NCBI GenBank assembly: GCA_003221005.1
Contig: QHTZ01000068.1
Location: 1-52,743, forward strand
DNA from: Gemmatimonadota bacterium
GTDB lineage: Bacteria; Gemmatimonadota; Gemmatimonadetes; Gemmatimonadales; GWC2-71-9
Direction of reading: 5' to 3'
Length of the DNA: 52,743 nucleotides
The notes beneath the pieces were generated by a model. The model was given only the letters and a program-made list of their open reading frames with translations, did no database searches and was not told the DNA's origin. Positions 17,536 to 27,701 of this stretch are shown here, one piece after another. The position numbers were made by a program, and so were the translations under genes. Position 1 is the stretch's first letter, and each line of letters starts with the position of its first letter.

Positions 17536-18890
17536 TTCGGCCACCCCCTGCGGACCGAGTCCGGGTACACGATCCGGCCGCGCGTCATGACCCAGGCGAT
17601 GTCGCGCGTGGCGGCGATGTCGGTCGCCGGGTTGCCGTTCAGCACCACGAGGTCGGCGACCTTGCCGGGGGCGAGCAAGCCGAGCGAGTCGGCGCGCAGC
17701 AGCTGGGCCGCCTGGCGTGTGGCGGCGCCGATCGCTTCGAGCGGAGTCAAGCCGGCCGACACGAGCAGCTCGAGCTCGTCGTGCAGCGCGGCGCCCGGCA
17801 CCAGCAGTGGGCTCGCCGCGTCGGAGCCCGCCGCGATCAGGCCGCCGGCGCGCTTGAACTCGCGCACGAACTGGTCCTGGCGCGCGCGCCCGCGGCGGAA
17901 GGCGGCGAAGTCGGCGGGGCGCCAGCCGCTCCGCTTGAGCAGGCCGGCGACGTCGCGCACGCTCGCCGCCCACCTGGGGACGTCGGCCATGGTCGGGCGT
18001 GTCAGCAGCGTGGGGTCGTTCAGGCGGGACAGCATCTCGTGCTGCACCAACGTCGGCACGATGGCCACACGCGAGCGCGCCAGCGCCCGCGCGGTGCGCG
18101 CGATTGCGCCCGAATCGAGCCGCCCCCATCCCGTCTCTTCCATCGTCCAGCCGGCCAGGAACCGGTCGTGGGCGCGGTAGTAGGACGCGGGATTCGGGCT
18201 GGCGGCCTCGACCACGCCCGACATGTGTTCGATCGAGGCAACCCCGGCGCGCGCCGCCGCCAGGGCGTCGATCTTGCCCAGATGGGCTGCCACCGCGAGC
18301 CTGAGTGTCCCGGCTTCGTCCATCAGCGGGCGGAGCAGCGCCGGCGTGATCCTGGTGTAGATCGCGATGTAGTCCGCGCCGGCGACGGCGCGCTGGTCGA
18401 CCGCCTTGCGGGCCTCGGCGCCCACCGCGACGCCGGTCGCGTCCTTGTAGGTCGGGGGCGCGCCGTCGATCAGCGGGCCCGCCGTGAACATCCGCGGCCC
18501 GAGGATCGCGGCCAGGTTGAGATCGTTGCGCAGCGCGAAGCCCGAATCGGCGCGCGAGTGCATGTCGCGCACCGTGGTCACCCCCCACGCGATGTAGCGT
18601 CCCGCCGCCCAGCGCTCGACGTGCGCGTGCGCGTCGATCAGCCCGGGGATGATCGTCTTACCGGCCACGTTTACGACCTGCGCGCCGCGCGGCACGTCGG
18701 CCTCGCTCATGTGGGTGACGGCCCGGATGTGGCCCTGCTCGACCAGCACCAGGGCGTCCGCGGCGGGCGCCGTCCCTGACCCGTCGATCAGCGTCCCGCC
18801 TTCAAGCGCGATGACGCCTTCGCCGGGGGGTTTGCAGGCGCACAGCAGCAGCACGACGGCGAGCGCGATGCGGGGGGCGTGAGGCGTCAC
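17532..18890 (-). CDS. amidohydrolase family lipoprotein
   Basis: GTG 18890, lipobox LCAC; IPGLIDAHAH, SIEH, AGSDA, PGKVADLVVL. Confidence 0.85.
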   Translation of the reverse strand: MTPHAPRIALAVVLLLCACKPPGEGVIALEGGTLIDGSGTAPAADALVLVEQGHIRAVTHMSEADVPRGAQVVNVAGKTIIPGLIDAHAHVERWAAGRYIAWGVTTVRDMHSRADSGFALRNDLNLAAILGPRMFTAGPLIDGAPPTYKDATGVAVGAEARKAVDQRAVAGADYIAIYTRITPALLRPLMDEAGTLRLAVAAHLGKIDALAAARAGVASIEHMSGVVEAASPNPASYYRAHDRFLAGWTMEETGWGRLDSGAIARTARALARSRVAIVPTLVQHEMLSRLNDPTLLTRPTMADVPRWAASVRDVAGLLKRSGWRPADFAAFRRGRARQDQFVREFKRAGGLIAAGSDAASPLLVPGAALHDELELLVSAGLTPLEAIGAATRQAAQLLRADSLGLLAPGKVADLVVLNGNPATDIAATRDIAWVMTRGRIVYPDSVRRGWPK

Positions 18891-19330
18891 TTGGGATCCG
18901 CAGACGTGTGGTCGTGCACGATGAGCCAGCGGTCGCCGCGCCGTTCCAGGATGAGGGTGAACGGCCCGCTGGCGATCAGGGAATCGCCCCGGTGCAGCGC
19001 GAAGCGCGCGGTGCAGAAAGCCAGGCGGGGCGCGAGGACCCGGACATGCGCTTCGTCGAAGCTCAGCGAATCGTGGGACTTGCCCGGCGCGAAATAGGCG
19101 CGCTGGTAGCGGTCGTACAGCGACTGCCAGCCGTATTGCACGTGGCCGCCGGAGAAGTAGCTGGTAAGTGAGTCGGGGGCGTAGTCGCTCATGAAGCCCG
19201 CGAGATCGCCGCGGTTCCACGCGGCGGCGCTGCGGGCGAGCAACGCCGCGACCTCGTGCTGCGGGTCGCCGCGCGCGTGCGGCGGACTCCCGCACGCTCC
19301 CAGCAGCGCGCCGAGCAGACACCATCGCAC
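18887..19330 (-). CDS. NTF2-like (DUF4440/SnoaL) lipoprotein
   Basis: GTG 19330, lipobox LGAC; AWNRGDL, WLIVHDHTS. Confidence 0.8.
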   Translation of the reverse strand: MRWCLLGALLGACGSPPHARGDPQHEVAALLARSAAAWNRGDLAGFMSDYAPDSLTSYFSGGHVQYGWQSLYDRYQRAYFAPGKSHDSLSFDEAHVRVLAPRLAFCTARFALHRGDSLIASGPFTLILERRGDRWLIVHDHTSADPK

Positions 19331-19338
19331 GGGTGCAC

Positions 19339-19348
19339 AACGTACCTT
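19339..19348. promoter_or_regulatory. overlapping divergent -10 boxes
   Basis: TACGTT on minus (19339-19344) 8 nt from GTG 19330; TACCTT on plus (19343-19348) 5 nt from ATG 19354. Confidence 0.55.
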
Positions 19349-19353
19349 CCGTG

Positions 19354-20145
19354 ATGGCCGACGCAACCCCGCTGCCGTCGCTCGGCTCCCAGGGCGCGCG
19401 GCCCGACGGCGGCTCCCTGTGGGAGACGATCATCAATGGCCCGGTGCACTCGCGGCGCCTTGGCACGAGCCTGGGGCTCAACCTGCTCCCGGCGCGCTCG
19501 AAGCTCTGCACCTTCGATTGTCCGTACTGCGAATGCGGGTTCAACACTCCGCAGGCGGCGCGCGCTCGCTGGCCTTCCCCGGACGAGGTGGCGCATAGCC
19601 TGCGGCGCGCCCTCACCCGGCTGACGCGGCTCCCCGATTGGATCACGTTCGCGGGCAACGGCGAGCCCACGCTGCACCCGCGGTTCGCGGTGACGGTCGA
19701 GCGGGTGCTTGTGGTGCGCGCTGAGCTCGCTCCCGGGTCGCGCGTCGGTGTGCTCTCGAACGGCCTCGCCGCCGCGCGCCCCGCTGTGCGCGACGCGCTG
19801 ATGCGGCTCGACGCCCGCATGATGAAGCTCGACCCCGGGCCGCCGGAACGGGTGAACGGCGCGCGCTACGACGCGGAGCGCCTCGCCGATGTGTATCGGA
19901 CGCTCAAACCCTACACGGTGCAGGCTATGGTCACGCGGGGACGGGACTGGGACGGGGCGAGCGCGGCGAGTCTCGAGGCGTGGCTGCCGCTGGTGGCGCG
20001 GGCGGACCCGGATGTGGTGCACCTCTACTCCCTCGCCCGCCCACCGGCGGATCCGACCCTGCAAAACGTGCCGCGGGAGCGCCTCGCCGAGATGGCCGCC
20101 GCCATCCGGAGGACGCTCCCGCGCTGTGTCGTCGAGGTGTTTTAG
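19354..20145 (+). CDS. radical SAM protein (COG0731/TYW1-like short form)
   Basis: GPVHSRRLGTSLG, CTFDCPYC, ITFAGNGEPTLHP. Confidence 0.88.
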   Translation: MADATPLPSLGSQGARPDGGSLWETIINGPVHSRRLGTSLGLNLLPARSKLCTFDCPYCECGFNTPQAARARWPSPDEVAHSLRRALTRLTRLPDWITFAGNGEPTLHPRFAVTVERVLVVRAELAPGSRVGVLSNGLAAARPAVRDALMRLDARMMKLDPGPPERVNGARYDAERLADVYRTLKPYTVQAMVTRGRDWDGASAASLEAWLPLVARADPDVVHLYSLARPPADPTLQNVPRERLAEMAAAIRRTLPRCVVEVF

Positions 20146-20420
20146 CGGCGACGCCTGCGCGCCGGTCTCCGCTTCGCCTTCGCGCGCCGCCGGGCCTTGG
20201 CCCGCGGCCGCGACTTCTTCGCCTTCTTCCGCGCTTTGGGCCGCGACGCCTTCTTCCTCCGGGTCGGGGCTCGCTTGGCCTTCGGTGCGGCCTTGCGCGG
20301 TTCCCCCATCGGGGACGCCGGGGTAGGCGCGGGCGGCTGGGAAGGCATCGACGGCATCAGCGGCTCCATCATGCCGGGGCCGGTCCAGCCACTCTCCGAG
20401 AAGTCGGTCAGCTCGAGCAT
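20142..20420 (-). CDS. small protein with Pro linker and Lys/Arg-rich histone-like tail
   Basis: GGAGGAG SD before ATG; C-terminal half almost all K/R/A/P. Confidence 0.6.
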   Translation of the reverse strand: MLELTDFSESGWTGPGMMEPLMPSMPSQPPAPTPASPMGEPRKAAPKAKRAPTRRKKASRPKARKKAKKSRPRAKARRRAKAKRRPARRRRR

Positions 20421-20549
20421 CGGATCTCTCCTCCGCTGGTTGTCGGTGGGCGTGGCCTATAGCTTACCCCGCGAACTCATCAACGCAAGTGATGGCGCAG
20501 CGCCGCGCGCTGCCCTGCGGCGGTCACCGTCACGAAGTGACAAGTTCGC

Positions 20550-20579
20550 TTGACAACGGCAGTTACGGAGACTTAGGTT
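20550..20579 (+). promoter_or_regulatory. sigma70 promoter, probable leaderless or very short leader
   Basis: TTGACA-18 nt-TAGGTT, 9 nt before ATG 20589. Confidence 0.65.
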
Positions 20580-20588
20580 CGCGCCGCT

Positions 20589-22850
20589 ATGACACTCCCA
20601 CGGGGAGCGGCCGCTCTCCTACTCGGGTTGCCGGGCACCCTCGTTGCCCAAAACGTCGCCGAAGTGCAGGTCGCGCCGCCGTCCATCACCGTCAAAGTGG
20701 GCGAGCGGAGCGGGCTCCTCGCGACGGCGTTCGATCGCGTGGGCAACGTGATCCCGACGGTCCGCGTGTTCTGGTCGTCCAACAACATCCAGATCGCGCG
20801 CGTGGACAACAACGGCACGGTGACAGGCGTGGCCAACGGCGTCGCGATCATCGAAGCGCGGGTCGGCTCGCGCAAGGGCACAGCCGCGGTGCAGGTGGTG
20901 GGTGGCACGGGGCCGCCGCCGCCTCCGCCGGACGGCGGCCAGCAGGTCACTCAGACGCCGCCCGGCACCCCTCCCTCCGACGGGTCGCTCGTGGGGCAGC
21001 CCCCGGGCACGGGGGTCGCGACGGTGCTGCGCCTCGAGCCCCCGACGATCTACCTCCTGCCGTCGGAAAACGTCCGGGCCGCGCCGCGCGCCCTGAAGGA
21101 CGACGGCTCCGCCGCCGCCCCGGTCGTCGTGACCTGGAGATCGTTGCGCCCCGACATCGCCAGCGTGGACCAGAACGGCGTCGTCGTGGCGCTCGCGTCC
21201 GGGCAGGGTACGGTGCAGATCACGACCGGGAGCGGCCTCACGGCGACGGCGCCGGTCGTCGTGCAGCAGACCGACTTCGTGTTCCGCGAGCAGGCGCCCA
21301 TCACGCTTGGCCCCGGCGAGGCCGACACCGTGCGCGTCGTCGTGCCGGCGCAGAACGGCCGGATCATCAACCCGCTCGCCCTGCAGTGGACCTCGAGTGA
21401 CCCCAGCGTGGCCCGGGTGAGCCTGACCGGCGTATTGACCGCCGTTGCACCGGGCAAGGCCACGGTCTCGGTGTCGGGCCTGCTCCAGGCGAAGAGCATC
21501 GATGTCGTGGTCCACAGGCCGGTGGAGCTGCTCGCCGTGCGGCCCAAGTGGCAGGACGAGGTGCTGGTTCCGATCCAGGGCACGGTGAAGTTCGAGGCGC
21601 AGGCGCTCGCGGCCGATCGGACCCCCGTGGCGGACGCGCCGCTGCAATGGAGCCTGGCCGACACGTCGCTCGCGAGCTTCGACGCGGCGTCGGGCGTGCT
21701 CGCCGGCAGGAAGGCTGGCAAGACACAGCTGGTGGTGAAGGGACCGGGGCAGGGGCTGATTGTGACGTGGACGGTGCGCGTGCTGGCGGCGAGCGTACGC
21801 CTGTCGGCCGCGCGCCTCGGCCTGCCCCTCAACCGGCGCTACACGCTGAAGGGGAACTACGTCGATTCCGCGGGCGCAGTGATCGGACTCGCCACCGCGC
21901 TGACCTGGGCATCCGACAATCCCCAGCTGGTGGCGGTGGCGGACGACGGCATCATCACCGCCGTGAGCTACGGGCGCGCGCAGATCGTGGCCACGGCTCC
22001 CGGAGGCAAGCGCGCGACCGCGGACGTCGTGGTGCAGGGAGAGATCGTCGTGGCGAGCTCGCGCTCGGGGCGGTTCCAGCTGTACGCCGCGGAGCGGTCC
22101 AACCTCGCTCAGCTGCGCAAGATCACCCAGGACACGGCGATCGCCACCGAGCCGGCATTCTCCCCCGACGGGTCCCGCATTGCGTACTCCTCGCACCGGC
22201 ACATCTACCTGATGGATGCGGACGGCACGAACGTCACCCGCTTGACCAACGCTCCCGCTACGGACGGGCGCGCGCAGTTCACGCCGGACGGCAACGCCGT
22301 GGTCTTCCAGTCCGACCGTACTGCGCGCTCGCAGATATTCCTGCAGCCGCTTTCGGCAGCCGAGCCGACGCAGCTCACGCAAGAGCCGGCGGTCAATTCG
22401 CAGCCCACCATTTCCCCCGACGGCGAGACGATCGCTTTCGTCTCGTCGCGCGACGCCGGCACCAACGTGTGGCTCATGTCGAAGGACGGCTCCAACCAGC
22501 GCGCCTTCACGAAGAGCACCCCGGGCGTGAGGAACATCGAGCCGCATTTCCTGCGCGACGGTTCGCTCGCCTACCTGCTCGAGACCAAGCAGGGGGGTCG
22601 CACGCTGACCCAGGTGGTCAAGGCCGACCTGGCCACGGGGAAGGTCACGCCGCTGACGGGCACGGACCTGGTGATCTCGGCCTTCGCCCTATCGCCCTCC
22701 GGTGACTTGCTCGGGCTCGTCGTAAACGTGCAGGGGGGCGGCAAGCCGTTCTATCGGGTCTACATCCAGCCGATCGGGACCGGTGGCGCCGCGGTGCCGT
22801 TGCCAACCACGGGGGCCGAGCAGATGATGACGCCGGCTTTCATGCCCTAG
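20589..22850 (+). CDS. secreted protein with bacterial Ig-like (Big_2) repeats and TolB-like PD40 propeller
   Basis: Signal peptide; WSSNNIQIARVD, WTSSDPSVARV, WASDNPQLVAV repeats; PAFSPDGSRIAY, ISPDGETIAF repeats. Confidence 0.88.
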   Translation: MTLPRGAAALLLGLPGTLVAQNVAEVQVAPPSITVKVGERSGLLATAFDRVGNVIPTVRVFWSSNNIQIARVDNNGTVTGVANGVAIIEARVGSRKGTAAVQVVGGTGPPPPPPDGGQQVTQTPPGTPPSDGSLVGQPPGTGVATVLRLEPPTIYLLPSENVRAAPRALKDDGSAAAPVVVTWRSLRPDIASVDQNGVVVALASGQGTVQITTGSGLTATAPVVVQQTDFVFREQAPITLGPGEADTVRVVVPAQNGRIINPLALQWTSSDPSVARVSLTGVLTAVAPGKATVSVSGLLQAKSIDVVVHRPVELLAVRPKWQDEVLVPIQGTVKFEAQALAADRTPVADAPLQWSLADTSLASFDAASGVLAGRKAGKTQLVVKGPGQGLIVTWTVRVLAASVRLSAARLGLPLNRRYTLKGNYVDSAGAVIGLATALTWASDNPQLVAVADDGIITAVSYGRAQIVATAPGGKRATADVVVQGEIVVASSRSGRFQLYAAERSNLAQLRKITQDTAIATEPAFSPDGSRIAYSSHRHIYLMDADGTNVTRLTNAPATDGRAQFTPDGNAVVFQSDRTARSQIFLQPLSAAEPTQLTQEPAVNSQPTISPDGETIAFVSSRDAGTNVWLMSKDGSNQRAFTKSTPGVRNIEPHFLRDGSLAYLLETKQGGRTLTQVVKADLATGKVTPLTGTDLVISAFALSPSGDLLGLVVNVQGGGKPFYRVYIQPIGTGGAAVPLPTTGAEQMMTPAFMP

Positions 22851-22856
22851 GGACCC

Positions 22857-23909
22857 TTGCTCGCCTGCGTCATCCGCGCCACCGGCGGCCTCGATCAGAT
22901 ACAGATAGCTGACGTTCCCGAGCCGGATGCCGCCCTCGCTCCTGGCGACGTTCGGGTCGCCCTCCGGACCGCCGCGCTGAATCACCTCGATCTCTTCGTC
23001 GTGCGTGGCCTGCCGGGTGACCGCCGGTTCCCGCACGTCCTCGGCGCCGACGGCGCCGGGGTCGTCGCGGCGGTGGGCGGTGGCGTGACGCGGGTGAAGG
23101 CGGGCGACCGCGTGATGATCAACCCCGGGATCTCGGACTACACCTGCGAATACTGCATGGCGGGGGAGCACTCGCTGTGCTTGAACTATCGGCTGCTGGG
23201 TGAGCACTTGCCGGGGACCCTCACCGGCTCGATCGTCGTGCCGGAACGGAACCTCGCTCTGGTGCCGGCGCTCGACCCGCCGCTCAGCTGGGCCGAGGCG
23301 GCGGCCTTTTCCCTGGTGACCCTCACGGCGTGGCGGATGATCGTGACGCGCGCCGCGGTCCGGGCGGGCGAGACTGTGCTCGTGTGGGGCATCGGCGGTG
23401 GGGTCTCGCTCGCGGCGCTGCGCATCGCCAAGCTCCGGGGCGCCCGCGTGATCGTGACCTCGTCGCATGACGCCAAGTTGCCCGAGGCGCGCAAGCTCGG
23501 AGCTGACGTCACCCTGAATCACGCGACTCAGGAAGTCGCACGCGAGGTCCGGGCGCTGACCGGGCGGCGGGGCGCGGACGTGGTGGTCGACAGCGTGGGG
23601 GAAGCGACGTGGCAGAACTCGCTCCGGTCGCTGTGCAAGGGCGGGCGCCTCGTCACCTGTGGAGCGACGAGCGGCCCCAACGTGGTGACGGACGCACGGC
23701 GACTGTTCTGGAATCAGTACACCATCATGGGGTCGACAATGGGGAACGCCGCCGAATATCAGGAGGTCGTGCGGCAGCTCGGCGCCGGACACCTGCGCCC
23801 CCTCGTGGACCGGGTCTATCCGCTCGCGGAGGCGCGTGCCGCGTTCGAGCGCCTGGACCGGGGGGAGCAGCTGGGGAAGATCGCGGTGGAGATCGGCCCC
23901 CCATCCTAA
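22857..23909 (+). CDS. medium-chain (zinc-binding) dehydrogenase / quinone oxidoreductase family
   Basis: ALNHLD, LGADGAGVV, WGIGGGVS, GKIAV. Confidence 0.88.
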   Translation: MLACVIRATGGLDQIQIADVPEPDAALAPGDVRVALRTAALNHLDLFVVRGLPGDRRFPHVLGADGAGVVAAVGGGVTRVKAGDRVMINPGISDYTCEYCMAGEHSLCLNYRLLGEHLPGTLTGSIVVPERNLALVPALDPPLSWAEAAAFSLVTLTAWRMIVTRAAVRAGETVLVWGIGGGVSLAALRIAKLRGARVIVTSSHDAKLPEARKLGADVTLNHATQEVAREVRALTGRRGADVVVDSVGEATWQNSLRSLCKGGRLVTCGATSGPNVVTDARRLFWNQYTIMGSTMGNAAEYQEVVRQLGAGHLRPLVDRVYPLAEARAAFERLDRGEQLGKIAVEIGPPS

Positions 23910-24017
23910 AGGATGGGCTCGGCCAGGACTGTCCTGAAGGACAATTCGCTCCGATGAGAGCCGCTTCGCTCGCTGTGCTGCAGCACGGTGCCGGCCGAGC
24001 CCACGCTTCAGCGTGGG
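23900..24017. repeat. inverted pair of 25-nt REP-like palindromes (REPIN/BIME-like)
   Basis: 23900-23924 reverse complement GGCCGAG-CCCATCCT-TT-AGGATGGG versus 23993-24017 GGCCGAG-CCCACGCT-TC-AGCGTGGG. Confidence 0.75.
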
Positions 24018-24226
24018 AAACGATCGGCGGGCACCGTCAACTGGCCGTCAACCACGTGGACGACCGCGACTCCCAAACGTCGATTCCTAACCTCACGCCC
24101 GACACAGACTTCGCCGCTCCATCCGAGTTGAATTTGGCTACCTAAGTGGTTATTTTGTTTCAACTTAGCCCGCTTGCCCGGGCCCGTGACTTCCCCATTC
24201 CCAAAGGCACCTGACACCCGCCCGTC

Positions 24227-26770
24227 ATGACTGCTCCCAACGTTCGCGAACGCATCCTCCCCCGCCTCATCGAAGACGAGATGAAGGAGTCGTTCCTCGA
24301 CTACTCGATGAGCGTGATCGTGCAGCGCGCGCTCCCCGACGTGCGCGACGGCTTGAAGCCGGTGCACCGTCGGATCCTGTACGCGATGCACGAGCTCGGG
24401 CTCGTGCCCGGCCGCCCGCACAAGAAGAGCGCGACGGTGGTGGGCGATGTCCTCGGCAAGTACCACCCTCACGGCGACGTGGCGGTCTACGACTCGCTCG
24501 TGCGCATGGTGCAGGAGTTCTCGCTCCGCTACCCGCTGGTGGACGGGCAGGGGAATTTCGGCTCCGTCGACGGCGACTCACCCGCCGCGTACCGCTACAC
24601 CGAGGCCCGGCTCACCCGCGTCGCGATGACGATGCTCGAGGACATCGACAAGAATACCGTCGACTTCGTCCCGAACTTCGACGACCGGCTCCAGGAGCCG
24701 ACGGTGCTGCCGGCGCGGCTCCCCAACCTAATCGTGAACGGCTCGGCGGGGATCGCGGTCGGCATGGCGACGAACATTCCGCCCCACAACCTCGCGGAGA
24801 CCGTCGAGGCGATCAACCACCTCGTCGACCACCCCAACGCCGCCGTGAAAGATCTTCGCAAGTTTGTGAAGGGTCCCGACTTCCCGACTGGCGGGATCAT
24901 CTACGGCCGCGCCGGCATCAAGGAGTGCTACGAGAAGGGCCGCGGCCGGATCGTGATTCGCGCGCGCGCGACGGTGGAGGAGAAGGAGTCGACCGGCAAG
25001 CAGCAGATCGTCGTGACGGAGTTCCCCTACCAGGTCGCTCCCGAGCGGGTGATCGAGCAGATCCGGGACCTCGTGCTCGCGAAGAAGCTCGAGGGGATCT
25101 CGGACCTGCGGAACGAGTCCGACAAGGAAGGCATCCGGGTGGTGATCGAGCTGAAGCGGGACGCCGTGCCGCTCGTCGTCCTGAACCAGCTCTACATGCG
25201 CACGCAGATGCAGGTGACCTTCGGCGCCATCATGCTCGCGCTGGTGGACGGCGGGCCGAAGGAGATGGACCTGAAGGAGCTGCTGCAGCACTTCATCGAG
25301 CACCGCCACACCGTCATCACGCGCCGCACGGAGTTCGAGCTGAAGCGCGCCCAGGACCGGGAGCACATCCTGGAAGGCCTGAAGATCGCCGTCGACAATA
25401 TCGACGAGGTCATCAGGATCATCCGCAAGTCCAAAGACACGCCGGCGGCGGACGCGGCGCTGCGCAAGCGGTTCAAGCTCTCGGAGAAGCAGTCGGCCGA
25501 GATCCTCAACATGCGGCTGGCCCGGCTCACGGCGCTCGAGATCACGAAGCTCGACGAAGAGCTGAAAGAGGTCCGCAAGTTCATCAAAGAGTGCAAAGAG
25601 ATCCTCGCGTCCCGGCCCCGCCGCATGAAGATCCTCAAGGAGGAGCTCTCGGAGCTAGCGCATGGGTTCGGCGACGAGCGCCGCACCGAGATCGTCGCCG
25701 ACCAGGGCGAGTTCTCGATCGAGGACCTGATCGCGGAAGAGGACATGGTGATCACCGTGTCCCACGCGGGCTACATCAAGCGGCTCCCGACGACGGCGTA
25801 CCGGCGCCAGCGGCGCGGCGGCAAGGGCGTCATCTCGGCCCACACCAAGGAAGACGATTGGGTAGAGCACTTGTTCATCGCCTCGACCCACGACTACGTG
25901 ATGTTCTTCACCCAGCAGGGGCAGTGCTACTGGCTCAAGGTGCACGAGATCCCGCAGGCGGCGCGCGCGGCGCGGGGCAAGCCGATCGCGAGCTGCATCG
26001 CCATGAAGCCCGACGAGCGCCTGGCGTCCCTTGTGCCGGTCCGCGAGTTCGCCGACGACCAGTACCTCCTGTTCGCCACCAAGCAGGGCGTCGTGAAGAA
26101 GACGGTGCTGTCGGAGTTCGGGAATCCGCGCTCTGTTGGCATCCGGGCCATCAACGTGGAGAAGGGCGACGAGCTGATCGACGTGCAGGTGACGGACGGC
26201 AAGAACGACATCGTGCTCGCGACGCGCCACGGGATGAGCATCCGGTTCCACGAGAAGGACGTGCGCGACATGGGCCGCACGGCGACCGGCGTGAAGGGGA
26301 TCGAGCTCGAGAAGAAGGACCAGGTGATCGACCTCGTAGTCGTGCGCCGCAAGTCCACGCTCCTCACGGTGACCGAGAAGGGCATGGGGAAGCGCTCCGA
26401 GCTCGACGAGTACCGGGTGCAGCACCGCGGCGGCCGCGGCATCATCACGCTCAAGCGCGCCGACAAGACGGGCGACATCGTCGCCCTGAAGGAAGTGCTC
26501 CCGGACGACGAGCTGATGATGATCACGAAAAAGGGCATCATGATCCGCGTGCCGGTGGAGGGGATTCGGATCTCCGGGCGCAACACGCAGGGAGTGAAAA
26601 TCATGAACCTCATCCCCGGGGACCTGGTGGTGGACGTCGCGCGCGTGGTGAAGGAGGACGAAGCCGAGGACGCCGAGGCAGGGGACGAGGACGGCGACGG
26701 CGCGGCGCCGCGCGCGGCCGCGAAGCAGCCGCCGAAGCGCCGGCCCAAGTCCGGCGCCAAGAAGAAATAG
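24227..26770 (+). CDS. gyrA: DNA gyrase subunit A
   Basis: [29 protein letters not shown] catalytic Tyr, GyrA-box QRRGGKG. Confidence 0.98.
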   Translation: MTAPNVRERILPRLIEDEMKESFLDYSMSVIVQRALPDVRDGLKPVHRRILYAMHELGLVPGRPHKKSATVVGDVLGKYHPHGDVAVYDSLVRMVQEFSLRYPLVDGQGNFGSVDGDSPAAYRYTEARLTRVAMTMLEDIDKNTVDFVPNFDDRLQEPTVLPARLPNLIVNGSAGIAVGMATNIPPHNLAETVEAINHLVDHPNAAVKDLRKFVKGPDFPTGGIIYGRAGIKECYEKGRGRIVIRARATVEEKESTGKQQIVVTEFPYQVAPERVIEQIRDLVLAKKLEGISDLRNESDKEGIRVVIELKRDAVPLVVLNQLYMRTQMQVTFGAIMLALVDGGPKEMDLKELLQHFIEHRHTVITRRTEFELKRAQDREHILEGLKIAVDNIDEVIRIIRKSKDTPAADAALRKRFKLSEKQSAEILNMRLARLTALEITKLDEELKEVRKFIKECKEILASRPRRMKILKEELSELAHGFGDERRTEIVADQGEFSIEDLIAEEDMVITVSHAGYIKRLPTTAYRRQRRGGKGVISAHTKEDDWVEHLFIASTHDYVMFFTQQGQCYWLKVHEIPQAARAARGKPIASCIAMKPDERLASLVPVREFADDQYLLFATKQGVVKKTVLSEFGNPRSVGIRAINVEKGDELIDVQVTDGKNDIVLATRHGMSIRFHEKDVRDMGRTATGVKGIELEKKDQVIDLVVVRRKSTLLTVTEKGMGKRSELDEYRVQHRGGRGIITLKRADKTGDIVALKEVLPDDELMMITKKGIMIRVPVEGIRISGRNTQGVKIMNLIPGDLVVDVARVVKEDEAEDAEAGDEDGDGAAPRAAAKQPPKRRPKSGAKKK

Positions 26771-26771
26771 C

Positions 26772-27701
26772 GTGATCGAGCCCGAGGCCGTCCGCGAGGC
26801 GGCCGCCGCCCTGCGCGGTGTGGCCGTGCGCACCCCGCTGCGCTACGTGGAGCCGCTCGGCGCCTACCTCAAGCTCGAGAACCTCCAGCCGATGGGCGCC
26901 TTCAAGATCCGCGGCGCGTACAACGCGATCCGGCGCCTGCCCGATGCCGCGCGCCGCCGCGGGGTGATCACCTACTCGAGCGGCAATCACGGCCAGGCGG
27001 TCGCCTACGCGGCGTGCCGTCTGGGGTTGCGGGCCGTCGTGGTGATGCCCGAGACCGCGCCGGCGGTGAAGGTCGCGGGCGTGAAGCGGTGGGGCGGGGA
27101 GGTGGTCCCGGCGGGGCGCACCTCCGAAGACCGGCAGCGGAAGGCCGAGGAGATCGCGGCGCGGGAGCACCTCGCGATCGTGTCGCCGTTCGACGATCCC
27201 GACATCGTGACGGGGCAGGCGACGGTGGCGCTCGAAATCGTGGAGGATCTCCCCGACGTCGCGACCGTGGTGGTGCCCGTGGGCGGGGGCGGGCTCATCT
27301 CCGGCGTGGTCACCGGCCTCGCGGCGGCCGGAAGCGTCGCGCGGGTGTGGGGCGTGGAGCCGACCGGCGCGCCGAAGCTGGCGCGCTCGCTCGCGGACGG
27401 GCATCCGGTGCGGCTCGAGCGCACGGCGAGCATCGCGGACGGCCTGATCACGCTCACCGTCGGCGACGTGCCGTTCGCCGAGCTCGCGCGCCACCGCGAG
27501 CGGCTCGCCGGCGTCGCGCTGGTCGAGGATGACAGCCTGCGCGAGGCGATGCATTTTCTGTGGCGGCAGTGCCGCCTGGCGGTGGAGCCCTCCGGCGCGG
27601 CGACGGTCGCGGGCGTGCGCTCGGGCGCCGTGCGGCCGGCCGCGCCGGCCGTGCTCATCGTGAGCGGCGGCAACGTGGACCCCGCGCGGCTCGAGGACTG
27701 A
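26772..27701 (+). CDS. PLP-dependent serine/threonine dehydratase or racemase (no ACT domain)
   Basis: KLENLQPMGAFKIRGA, SSGNHGQ, VGGGGL, SGGNVD. Confidence 0.9.
   Translation: MIEPEAVREAAAALRGVAVRTPLRYVEPLGAYLKLENLQPMGAFKIRGAYNAIRRLPDAARRRGVITYSSGNHGQAVAYAACRLGLRAVVVMPETAPAVKVAGVKRWGGEVVPAGRTSEDRQRKAEEIAAREHLAIVSPFDDPDIVTGQATVALEIVEDLPDVATVVVPVGGGGLISGVVTGLAAAGSVARVWGVEPTGAPKLARSLADGHPVRLERTASIADGLITLTVGDVPFAELARHRERLAGVALVEDDSLREAMHFLWRQCRLAVEPSGAATVAGVRSGAVRPAAPAVLIVSGGNVDPARLED

Noticed and set aside
19354-20420. Radical SAM plus small ORF as a RiPP system
   Set aside because: Genes are convergent, and the enzyme has no SPASM or RRE region
20529-20541. GTCAC-N3-GTGAC dyad upstream of a -35
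   Set aside because: 5-bp arms are expected by chance; no second copy noticed
24227-26770. parC rather than gyrA
   Set aside because: Canonical GyrA-box QRRGGKG and a full C-terminal pinwheel region are present
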